DNA from: an uncultured virus (IMG/VR IMGVR_UViG_3300043436_004224)
Taxonomy: Duplodnaviria; Heunggongvirae; Uroviricota; Caudoviricetes
Length of the DNA: 64,000 nucleotides
Strand: one strand, 5' to 3'
IMG/VR virus record: IMGVR_UViG_3300043436_004224
The notes beneath the pieces are model-generated. The model searched no databases. It was not told the DNA's origin and was given only the letters and a program-made list of their open reading frames with translations. A program made the position numbers and the translations under genes. This document shows, piece after piece, positions 51,997 to 60,820 of this stretch (position 1 is its first letter; the number at the start of each line of letters is the position of its first letter).

Positions 51997-53850
51997 ATGG
52001 CACACTACAAAGTAAAAGGTAAGTCAAGACTTACAACACGAACAACTACAACCAACCCAGAGTGGCTAAGAGTTTGTTCACAGATTGGTCGCTTGGTCAA
52101 TGATTGGTCATGGCGTTCAGATTTAGTTGTCTATGGTGGAGAGGATTCTGCCGAGGGCAAAGCTATCGCTGCTTTTTATTCAGACATAGCAGAGATTGAA
52201 GTGAACTTGCCGAAAGCGTTTGGAGAACTTACGCCAGCAGATTTTGTCGGCGACTTGACTAAAAAAGAAACGCAGTATGAGTATCCAATGGTGACAGGCG
52301 TTCTGTATCACGAAGCACTACACGCACGCCACACGAATTGGGACACTTCAATTTTGTCAGAGGCACTAGACCCTAATGAGCAAAGAGCTTTTATGTTGCT
52401 AGAGGAATCACGAATTGAAGCAAAGGGAATCAAAGAGCGACCAGAGCTTAGAAACTTCTTGCGTGCTTCTGCTTTAGACATGGCACTAGACGAAGTGACT
52501 ACAGACACACTCGCAGGTTTGGCTAGTGATGTTTGGAATACAGCACGCCTAGCAGGACTTTCAGTTTCAAGAGTGGATTCAGGAGTTCTTGAAGTTTCTG
52601 ACATTACTGACATTTACAGAGAAGTAGTTTCAGTTCTTGGTCAGGACTTGTTTGACGAACTAAGAAAAGTTTGGATTGAGTTTCAGGCACTAGGCGTTCC
52701 ACAGATTGAGCGAGCTATTGAACTTGCTAAGAAGTGGGTTGAACTATTGCGTGAATCAGACCCAGAGGGCGAGCCAGATTCAGGTTCGGCAGGTGACATT
52801 TTCGGCGAGCCAGATGAATCAGAGGGCGACAGCGAGGGTGGAAGCGGAAGTGAACTGTCTGACACCATGAAAGACATGATTGAAAAACTTTCCGAATCTG
52901 CTAGTCACTCGGAGATAGAAGCGAGAGAGGCACTTGCCCAACAAGAGCAACAAGACAAGTGGGGCGAGGAATCAAAAGCAAGGCAAGAGCAAGCAAAGAA
53001 TAACAACCAACGCAAAAACATAGCCAAGCAAATCTTTCACAAGCCACACTCCCAAGAGGGTTCGGGTTCTAACTCGTCTGTATCCTCTCGCAGACAGCCG
53101 ACAGGGACAGAGCGAGCAAGTGCGGTAGAGATTGCTAAGTCATTAGACAAGGCAAAGTATCGTGAGCGTTCGGTTCATGTTCGCAAAAGTCAGACACCAC
53201 AGGGCAAGCTGATTATGAGAAACGCCGTCCAGAATAGGGCAGTTGAATCTATTGGCAAGCGTGGAGAGTTGCCAGCGTGGAAGTCAAAGACACGCAAGCA
53301 CACAGACGACCCAACGCTAAGGCTTGGAATCATGGTGGACATTTCAGGTTCTATGGGTTCTGCTATGGAAGCTATGGGACAGACAGCGTGGATTATGTCC
53401 GAGGCAGGTCGCAGGATTCAAGCTGAAACGGCTATGGTGTATTACGGCTCTGGCGTGTTCCCAACTCTAAAGCGTGGACAGCGTTTGAGCGAGGTGACGA
53501 TTTACACAGCACCAGACGGAACTGAAAAGTTTACCGAAGCGTTTGAAGCGATTGACGGCGAGCTTGGACTAACTTTTGGGGACGGCGTGCGTATGTTAGT
53601 TGTTGTGTCGGACGGAAACTACACAGGCACAGAACTACAGAGAGCAACCGAACTACTAAGAGAGTGTAAACAAAACGGCGTGGCGGTTCTTTGGATTACA
53701 CCGAGAGGTTGTAATGGCATGGGGGCGAGGTCAATAATTTCTGGTTCGGCGTGGGGAGTTCACTTGGACGACCTAGACACAACGGAGATTGCGAGGCAAG
53801 TCGGCAAGTCGGCAAGCGAAGCATTGGGTCGGGTGGGTTCACTCACCTAG
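51997..53850 (+). CDS. VWA-domain partner protein (CobT-like) with HEXXH motif
   Basis: HEALH..H, LEESRIE, acidic linker, MIDAS DISGSM, VVSDG; start ATG 51997 after GGGAAG; promoter TTGCGT-N17-TACAAT. Confidence 0.85.
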   Translation: MAHYKVKGKSRLTTRTTTTNPEWLRVCSQIGRLVNDWSWRSDLVVYGGEDSAEGKAIAAFYSDIAEIEVNLPKAFGELTPADFVGDLTKKETQYEYPMVTGVLYHEALHARHTNWDTSILSEALDPNEQRAFMLLEESRIEAKGIKERPELRNFLRASALDMALDEVTTDTLAGLASDVWNTARLAGLSVSRVDSGVLEVSDITDIYREVVSVLGQDLFDELRKVWIEFQALGVPQIERAIELAKKWVELLRESDPEGEPDSGSAGDIFGEPDESEGDSEGGSGSELSDTMKDMIEKLSESASHSEIEAREALAQQEQQDKWGEESKARQEQAKNNNQRKNIAKQIFHKPHSQEGSGSNSSVSSRRQPTGTERASAVEIAKSLDKAKYRERSVHVRKSQTPQGKLIMRNAVQNRAVESIGKRGELPAWKSKTRKHTDDPTLRLGIMVDISGSMGSAMEAMGQTAWIMSEAGRRIQAETAMVYYGSGVFPTLKRGQRLSEVTIYTAPDGTEKFTEAFEAIDGELGLTFGDGVRMLVVVSDGNYTGTELQRATELLRECKQNGVAVLWITPRGCNGMGARSIISGSAWGVHLDDLDTTEIARQVGKSASEALGRVGSLT

Positions 53851-53939
53851 ACCTAAACGGAGTGCTTGCCCAGCGGTTGAGCGAAAGTCAGGACTTCCCC
53901 CCTTTGACCTGATAATAGTTCCCAACGGACAAGACACTA

Positions 53940-53990
53940 GAAACCCCTATCAAGTGCTTCCCCCAAGTCTTGGTAGGGGTTTCGCCTTTC
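53940..53990 (+). terminator. Long hairpin or terminator after VWA gene with C-rich loop
   Basis: GAAACCCCTATCAAG-TGCTTCCCCCAAGT-CTTGGTAGGGGTTTC. Confidence 0.7.
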
Positions 53991-54206
53991 TCGGTTTGAC
54001 GGACGAGATTGGGTGGAATCTGAATCCCTGGCACAGACTTTTTACGAAAGATGAAAAGTCACCAGCAGAAAAAGCTGACGAAGGCGTATCCACTTTTTAT
54101 CTGGCTAAAAACTTTTTTGACAAAACACTTGCTTTTTCTGTAAACCCTGTTAGGATTGGAACTATCCAATCGGAACGAAACAGAAGTAGTTCCAGAGGGG
54201 GGATTT

Positions 54207-54557
54207 ATGGCTAAGGTCATTTCCCGAACAGCCCCAGAGGTTGCGAAAGCAACTCCAAAGGTTGTCAAAGTTTCACGAAAAGTCGTGGAACTAATCAGCG
54301 AACTTTCCGAAGTTCGTGCTACATACAACTCGGCGAAAGCCAGAGTTGAGGAACTTCGTGACGAAGTTCTTTCCCAAGTTGGGCGTTCCAATTTGACCCT
54401 TGTCCACAACAGCATTGAGGTCGCTCGTATCGTTGAGAGTTCTCCTGTGCGTGTAGATGAGGAGTTCTTGAAAGAGAACTATCCAGAGGCTTACCAAGCT
54501 TCTCTAAGGGCAAAGCCCCAACACACGATTCGCTCTGTCACACGCAAAGCGAACTAA
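54207..54557 (+). CDS. Hypothetical coiled-coil protein; paralogue of 61953-62294
   Basis: EVRA...TL.HN.IE.ARI...D.E.L...(Y/F)PEA shared; start ATG 54207. Confidence 0.7.
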   Translation: MAKVISRTAPEVAKATPKVVKVSRKVVELISELSEVRATYNSAKARVEELRDEVLSQVGRSNLTLVHNSIEVARIVESSPVRVDEEFLKENYPEAYQASLRAKPQHTIRSVTRKAN

Positions 54558-54719
54558 AGAACTGGGCGGGCAGGGCGAAAGCCCTGTCCCCCATTTCATT
54601 TTTTATTTGACCTGACAATGTATCCACTTTTTACCAAAGGAAATGGACACGGAAAAAAGATACCGAAAATGTCAGGGACTATGCTAAGATTGGAACTACC
54701 ACAAAGAAAGGGGAACACC

Positions 54720-55070
54720 ATGAGAGGCGAGCCATTAGAGCTTGACGAAGTTGCTGGATTATCTCTAACAGTATTGGGCGTGCTTGTTGAGGCATACATC
54801 AAAGAGGGATACAGCGACCCGACAATGTATAGAGCAATACGGGCTTCAACCGAACTGGCTAAAAACTTCAAGGCACGGCTAGAACTAGACGGACGGGACA
54901 CGGACGGCGTGGACGACTTGATTACTAACCTAGAGCTAACGGCTATGGAATCTGGCGAGGTAGTAAACCGAATCATAGAGCAGAACGGCTGGCAAGAAAC
55001 GGCTGGCGAGTGGAGTAGCCCTGCTAGTATGACTTGTGATAACGACTGCGAACATGACGGCAAGGAGTAG
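54720..55070 (+). CDS. Hypothetical protein
   Basis: AAAGGGGAA RBS before ATG 54720. Confidence 0.6.
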   Translation: MRGEPLELDEVAGLSLTVLGVLVEAYIKEGYSDPTMYRAIRASTELAKNFKARLELDGRDTDGVDDLITNLELTAMESGEVVNRIIEQNGWQETAGEWSSPASMTCDNDCEHDGKE

Positions 55071-55077
55071 GGACGGC

Positions 55078-55377
55078 ATGGACTTTCAGACTGCGTTCGG
55101 CGAGGTTGTGCGTGAGCAACGGCGTGCTAATGAGATTACAATGCGAAGCGTGACGGATAGGGGACACCTAGCGTTGGGATACCTGTCCGAAGTGGAACGG
55201 GGACACAAAATGCCCTCTAGCCTAATAATTGCGTCCATAGCAGACGGACTGGGTATAGACGCAAGCGAGCTGATTATTCAGACGGGTATGCGTATGTCCA
55301 ATGTTCCTGAAAGCCCTGAAAGCCTGTTCAAGCTAAGGGACAGAGATTGGGCTAATCAGTATTCAGATTTGAGATAG
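55078..55377 (+). CDS. XRE-family HTH regulator, ClgR-like
   Basis: FGEVVREQR...LALGYLSEVERGHKMPSS.IIASIADGLG resembles actinobacterial ClgR (SLGYLSEVERG.KE.SS). Confidence 0.8.
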   Translation: MDFQTAFGEVVREQRRANEITMRSVTDRGHLALGYLSEVERGHKMPSSLIIASIADGLGIDASELIIQTGMRMSNVPESPESLFKLRDRDWANQYSDLR

Positions 55378-55524
55378 AGAAAGCCCCCCTGACAAAAGTT
55401 AGGGGGATTTTTTCTTGGCTGGTAGTGTATCCACTTTTTGCTGAACATTTTTTGTTTGGTTTTTGTCGGGGGTAGGGTATAGGATTTGATTGTTATAAAA
55501 ACTCCAACAGGAAAGTAGGGGAAA

Positions 55525-55761
55525 TTGAGTTATTATCCAGAGGGTTCTATGGCTGGTTCTGGCATAGATTCCGTAGAAGTTCCGTATGACGAGTTTGTCT
55601 GCGAAGCTGACGATTGTGGCAAGGTGAACGAAGCTAGTGAAGCTATGACAGACGACTATGGCAATTACGAAGTTGAGTGCCAGTTCTGCGGTAGCTTTTA
55701 CTTTAGAAGTTCTATTGCCGAGGACAAGGCAGATTGGGCAGCGAATAATTATGATTACTAA
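55525..55761 (+). CDS. Small acidic zinc-ribbon protein
   Basis: CEADDC...CQFC; TTG start after GGGGAA. Confidence 0.6.
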   Translation: MSYYPEGSMAGSGIDSVEVPYDEFVCEADDCGKVNEASEAMTDDYGNYEVECQFCGSFYFRSSIAEDKADWAANNYDY

Positions 55762-55918
55762 TCCAAAACAGGGGACACCAATAAAAAACAGCAAGGGCGA
55801 ATTACGATACGAATACACTTGCCCGAAGTGTTTTGACGAATACAGGGTGGACGAAAAGACACACGCTTGGATTCAGACCTTAGACAGACTGCCTAAGTGT
55901 TCGCCTTGCTACTTGTAG
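55751..55918 (+). CDS. Small zinc-finger protein
   Basis: CPKC...CSPC; ATG 55751. Confidence 0.55.
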   Translation: MITNPKQGTPIKNSKGELRYEYTCPKCFDEYRVDEKTHAWIQTLDRLPKCSPCYL

Positions 55919-56101
55919 CCTAAAAAGTTTCCCCCGAATAATCAGGAACAGCGATTCCGATTCGGGGGATTTTTTTATGCCGTCAATGTGTATCCACTTT
56001 TGCTGCGGCAGGGTAAAACTTTTTATGTGCGGTGAAAAGTCGTAGGTAGGTGATAGTATTCAAGTATCAAGCAACACTAACCACGAACAAAGGGGAACAA
56101 G

Positions 56102-56413
56102 TTGAAAAGATTGCCTAACTACAAGATTGGCGCGGAGATTAGTGCGCTAAACACTTTCACGAACTACAATGGCACAATTAGCGCCGTTCGGGACGAGAAT
56201 AATTACAGGATTACACACTGGAACACTGTAATTCTTGATTACAACACTGACACCAACGAGATTATTTCGCTACAAGATAGCTACATTAGCCAGACAACCA
56301 GCGCGCTAGTTGGGCGAATCTTGAGGGCGTTGCCATACGCTTCGGTTGAAAGATACTTGGGCTACATGACGCCGTCAAAAGATAAGCGCCGTTTGGTCGG
56401 TATGCTTCGATAA
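56102..56413 (+). CDS. Hypothetical protein
   Basis: Single-gene unit with AAAGGGGAA RBS and terminator. Confidence 0.65.
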   Translation: MKRLPNYKIGAEISALNTFTNYNGTISAVRDENNYRITHWNTVILDYNTDTNEIISLQDSYISQTTSALVGRILRALPYASVERYLGYMTPSKDKRRLVGMLR

Positions 56414-56554
56414 AAAGCCAAAAAGTTAGCCCCGCTTCGGCGGGGTTTTCTTTTTCCGTGAAAAGTTGCGCCGGTCGCGGCGTGTATCCACTTTTTGATG
56501 AAAGCTTTTTGCGGATCCTTGATCTGTATAATTGTTGATGAAGGGGGAACACCA

Positions 56555-56869
56555 TTGAATAATTTCTCAGAGCGAATCATTGCCAATACCGAAGATGGAC
56601 GCCGTGAAGTGCGCGTCCTGCGTCTTGCGGTAAGTCTTGGCGACGACTTGGCATACATTGATTGGGAGCCAAGCGGGGAGCTTTACTTTATCAAAGTCCC
56701 CGTCGAGTATCGCCGTCAAGGAATCGCTACAAAGCTATGGCAGGACGCTCAGGAACACGCGAGAAGCTTGAACTTGCCCGCGCTAACCCATAGCGAATAC
56801 AGAACTGACGCGGGCGATTCTTGGGCTAAGTCCCTAGGCGAAAAACTTCCACCAAGAATCCGCGCTTAG
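56555..56869 (+). CDS. GNAT-family acetyltransferase
   Basis: IKVPVEYRRQGIATKL (motif A); TTG 56555 after AAGGGGGAA. Confidence 0.75.
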   Translation: MNNFSERIIANTEDGRREVRVLRLAVSLGDDLAYIDWEPSGELYFIKVPVEYRRQGIATKLWQDAQEHARSLNLPALTHSEYRTDAGDSWAKSLGEKLPPRIRA

Positions 56870-56988
56870 TTTTTTGTAGCCAGGTGTATCCACTTTTTGA
56901 CGAGGCGACACGCTTGCTTGCGGGTTCTTGCTTTTGTCGGTGGGTTGGGGTAAAGTCAAACTAACCAAGCAAGAGGGAAGGAAACAAA

Positions 56989-57204
56989 ATGATTGGTAGA
57001 AACAAAGATGCGGAAACAGCTTTTGATATGGCAATGAAGTTGCTGAACAACCCAAGTGAGGAAGTTCAACAGCAAGTCTGGGACAAGTGCCACGCTGACG
57101 AAGTAATCCAAAGGTCGGTAAGGCTTTACCTTTACAGCGAGCCAAGCTACACACCAAAGGCTCTATACAACCTTCACCAAAAACTCGCCGAGTTGGTGTC
57201 CTAA
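56989..57204 (+). CDS. Hypothetical protein
   Basis: GAGGGAAGG RBS. Confidence 0.6.
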   Translation: MIGRNKDAETAFDMAMKLLNNPSEEVQQQVWDKCHADEVIQRSVRLYLYSEPSYTPKALYNLHQKLAELVS

Positions 57205-57345
57205 TGGTTGTTCGCCCGCTGGAGAATACAGTTTGCTATCAATGCCCTAAGAAGATTATGGCAATGGTTGGTGCGGTTCACCCGCTATGCGTTGAGTGTC
57301 AAGAAAGTTTTGACGATTGGTTTGAACACGAGCTAGGAGTTTTCA

Positions 57346-57549
57346 ATGGCTAAGCAAGTTTATTTTGTTGTTGCGGTGGACTTAGATGAGTGCGTGCCGT
57401 TTATAGATGATGACACCTTTACAGCAAGGTTCAGTTCGGCAGAGCAAGTTTGGGACACCGAACTACAAGAGTGGCAAGAAGACCCTGACCAAGAGTTTTA
57501 CGATAAAGCGTTGAAGATTTTGAACACCATACCTTTAGCGAAAGACTAG
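57346..57549 (+). CDS. Hypothetical acidic protein
   Basis: AGGAG RBS. Confidence 0.6.
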   Translation: MAKQVYFVVAVDLDECVPFIDDDTFTARFSSAEQVWDTELQEWQEDPDQEFYDKALKILNTIPLAKD

Positions 57550-57552
57550 TCA

Positions 57553-57864
57553 ATGAAACACAAAAAGAGTAAAGTTCAAGGCAAGTCTAGGCACGCCGAG
57601 TATCTTCGCCGAGTAGATAACGCCGATAGAGTTGCGGTAATGCTAAGGGGCATAACTTTATTTTGCGCTTTTATTTTTGTAATGAGGATAGTCGCTGGCG
57701 TTGATTCAGTTTCAGAATACCTAATCCTTTATGCGGTTGTGTTTGTGGGCGGGGTTAGTGCTTCGCTTGCCGAATACTTTTTGTTTAGGGCTTACCAAAG
57801 TCGCTACTCAAAAAGTCGCCGACAAAGTTTTTGGGATTTGTTCAACACCGAACTTTCCAAATAA
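57553..57864 (+). CDS. Two-TM membrane protein
   Basis: Two hydrophobic segments. Confidence 0.6.
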   Translation: MKHKKSKVQGKSRHAEYLRRVDNADRVAVMLRGITLFCAFIFVMRIVAGVDSVSEYLILYAVVFVGGVSASLAEYFLFRAYQSRYSKSRRQSFWDLFNTELSK

Positions 57865-58002
57865 AACTTCCCGCTAGGACTTCCCCCCTAGCGGGATTTT
57901 CTCTTTCCAGCTGCGTATCCACTTTTTGATAGAGATTTTTTTGTGTGCGTTTTGTCGGTGGACTATGCTATGGTTGAAGTATCCAAACAAAGGGGAAGTA
58001 AA

Positions 58003-58194
58003 TTGAAGACAGATTCAAGAATAGCAATAGTTTCAGAGCTACCAAACTGCGACTTCTGCGGTGAACACGCTCGCTATGACGGAGCAACCAAACTTGGACC
58101 TTGGGCTTTTATGTGCCAGAAGGACTGGGTATCTCACGGAGTAGGGCTTGGGCTTGGCAAAGGTCAAGTTCTAATGAAGGAAGGAACTAAGTAA
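58003..58194 (+). CDS. Small Cys-motif phage protein
   Basis: CDFC...YDGATK.GPWAFMC; TTG 58003 after AAAGGGGAAG. Confidence 0.65.
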   Translation: MKTDSRIAIVSELPNCDFCGEHARYDGATKLGPWAFMCQKDWVSHGVGLGLGKGQVLMKEGTK

Positions 58195-58395
58195 ATGGCG
58201 ACAACAGTTGGAGAGCTGATTGAACAGCTAAAGACGCTGGACCCCGACACAACAGTTGTGTTTCAGTATTTGACACACGAACACACCGACTTTTCAATTG
58301 ACGATTTTGAGTCAAAAGCCGAGGCACTTGACTACACCAACTTCGCTGATGAAATGTCTATCACGATGAACGAGTGGCTCGCCGAAATGGAGTAG
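58195..58395 (+). CDS. Hypothetical protein
   Basis: TVGELIEQL..LDPD. Confidence 0.6.
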   Translation: MATTVGELIEQLKTLDPDTTVVFQYLTHEHTDFSIDDFESKAEALDYTNFADEMSITMNEWLAEME

Positions 58396-58566
58396 CCACG
58401 CGACACCAAAGATTCCCCCGCGACCCCCGCGGGGGTTTTCTTTTTTGCCGGAAGGTAGCCAGGTGTATCCACTTTTTGATTCGGCTGCCGAAAGGGTTTT
58501 GTAAAAGTATTTGCTTTTTTCTTTTTGTGTAGTAAGATGAAACTCTAACGAAAGGGAGGTTCCTAA

Positions 58567-58959
58567 ATGGGAGCAAGAACAACTTGGAAAATAAAGACTA
58601 ATGATTCGGGAGCTATTACTTGGCTTTACAGTCATTGGGGAGGCGACAGTAAGTTTGACACCACTAAAGAGGCGTTGGACTTGGCTATGCCTCGCTGGGA
58701 GGATAGGACTTATGGAGCTAGGATTTTTATCAGTAGCGTAATTGGTAATTCTTGGAGTTCACAGACAGGGTTTGGAATTACTTCAACCCTTGACACAGAT
58801 TCCAACCCGTTTGAGGAAAGCTACACGCCTTACACAATTGACTTTGTGCGGAAAGTAGTGATTCTTGAAGGTGTTCTCGGAGAGGACTGGGAGTTAGGCT
58901 TTGACGAGTTCACTAGACTAAACAGCGAAGCCGACTTGCTACTTCAAGGGACAAGGTAA
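58567..58959 (+). CDS. Hypothetical phage protein (LYSHWGG motif)
   Basis: GGGAGGT RBS. Confidence 0.65.
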   Translation: MGARTTWKIKTNDSGAITWLYSHWGGDSKFDTTKEALDLAMPRWEDRTYGARIFISSVIGNSWSSQTGFGITSTLDTDSNPFEESYTPYTIDFVRKVVILEGVLGEDWELGFDEFTRLNSEADLLLQGTR

Positions 58960-59241
58960 ATGGGAAACTTACAAGCTCAAGAAATTGCGAGCAACACCGA
59001 AATTACACTTGAACAGCAACTAACTTGGCACTTACAAGGTAATCACTATCCACCGATTCCAGTTAGTATGGTTCAGCCTTGTGTTGAAGCAATTCAGGCT
59101 TATTGGGAAGATGAGCTAGACACGGAGATTCAGTTGCCCGAAGGTGTTTTGTATCGGGGGAAGGAAACAGCCCCCGCTAGAGAAATAATCATCAATCATC
59201 ACTTAGACGCTTGGTGTCAAGATGACGAAGATGAGTTTTAG
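58960..59241 (+). CDS. Hypothetical phage protein
   Basis: WHLQGNHYPP...HHLDAW. Confidence 0.65.
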   Translation: MGNLQAQEIASNTEITLEQQLTWHLQGNHYPPIPVSMVQPCVEAIQAYWEDELDTEIQLPEGVLYRGKETAPAREIIINHHLDAWCQDDEDEF

Positions 59242-59444
59242 GATTAGCCCCAACTAACCCCCCAAATGCGGGCAATAGAGAGATTCCCCCTTTCTATTGC
59301 CCGTTTTCTTTGCGTGCCGGTAAGGTATCCACTTTTTACTGGGCTTGATTTTCTTTTTATGAAATACTTGTTTTTCTTTGTTAGTGTGTTATTGTTTATC
59401 TGTTGGGAAGTTCCCGACAAGAAACAAGAAAGTTGGGCAGAGAA

Positions 59445-59672
59445 GTGAAGTTTGTAATTAGGAGAGCAGTCTTAGGGTTGGTGGCTTTGCCAGTAATCGC
59501 TGGGACTTATGTTTTTATGTTTGTATTGCTAGGTTCGCTAAACAATACTTTATGGGGACTAACCCTAGATGAAGTTTGGAATAACGGACTTTTGATTGGT
59601 TCGGTTAGTGCGGTTGCTTTCGCTTTCGCAACTCAGATTGACAAGCTAATTGCTAGATTGGTTGGTGAATAA
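59445..59672 (+). CDS. Membrane protein
   Basis: Two TM segments; GTG 59445 start assumed. Confidence 0.55.
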   Translation: MKFVIRRAVLGLVALPVIAGTYVFMFVLLGSLNNTLWGLTLDEVWNNGLLIGSVSAVAFAFATQIDKLIARLVGE

Positions 59673-60297
59673 TGACTATCATTGTAATCAACCTAGACGG
59701 CTCAAGAACGCCTTACGGCTATTCGGCTCACTCATCAGACATCACCGATTACTATGACCGCCTAGTTGCGGAAAATAGAATCACCGCCTATGAGGTGATT
59801 TCCTAATGGGAGATTTTATTCTATTAGCGTTTGCTATCGGACTTATCTTTGGTGGCTTTACTCTTATGTTTTACAGTTTACTAACTGTAAAAAGAGATAA
59901 CTACCGACCGAAGCATACACGCTCAACATACCTGCCCAACAGGAAAAGATAGTTCCCCCAACTATCGGAAAGCCCTCGCCTTTGTGCGGGGGTTTTCTTT
60001 TTTCTGTTTTTTTTTTCTGACGAGAGCTGGTATCCACTTTTTGATGGAAGTTTTTTCGGCTTCCGTTTTGTCGGGCATTTATGCTAGTGTTAGAGCTACC
60101 AATTAGAAAGGTTATCAAATGGGAAAGTTAGTTGCAGAGCTAGGAACAAAAAAAGTCTTATCTCTAGTTGAAGGCGAAACAACAGTTTCGGCTTACTTAC
60201 TCACGGAGAGTGAAGAGTTTCTTGCTGTCCTAAAGAGTGCCGACAGTCTAGAGCAGGTTCTAGATTGGGTAGAAGAAAACTACTAGGAAGGTAGAAA

Positions 60298-60648
60298 ATG
60301 AAATTAGCTCTAAAGATAACGCCAGATGGCGTAGCAACTGAAATTGACATAGCCACGGACGAATTGAAGAAACTACAAGACGCGGTTGATGGTCTAATTC
60401 AACCCGTTGATTTTGAGTTCGGCTCTAGGTATTTGACAATGTGGGTGAATGAAGAAGGACTACTTAGAAACGATTTGGAAATGAATCCTGTCGCCTTTCT
60501 GTTTTACTCTTCACCGATAATGGGAAACATTATCATAACTGGCGCGCCAGATGAAGATGGCGAAACAACAAGCCTAGACAGCGCGACAGAGTTAGATGTT
60601 CTAAAAAGGATTTGTGAAAAGTTCCTAAGTTCTGTTGAACAAGTCTAA
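60298..60648 (+). CDS. DUF3846-like protein
   Basis: LQDAVDGLIQ...MWVNEEG.....N..A...I.GNIIITG..DEDGETTSL. Confidence 0.75.
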   Translation: MKLALKITPDGVATEIDIATDELKKLQDAVDGLIQPVDFEFGSRYLTMWVNEEGLLRNDLEMNPVAFLFYSSPIMGNIIITGAPDEDGETTSLDSATELDVLKRICEKFLSSVEQV

Positions 60649-60820
60649 ATAAAAAACTAAAGCAACCCCGCCTTTGCGCGGGGTTTCTTTTTATCTTCCG
60701 TAAAAAGTCTGCCGTCAACTGGTATCCACTTTTTGATGCCTCTCTTAGTTGCGGTTGCTTTTTTCTTGCGTTTGTGTTATCTTGATTTGGCTTATAGCAA
60801 CACTTAGTAGAAAGAGAAAA

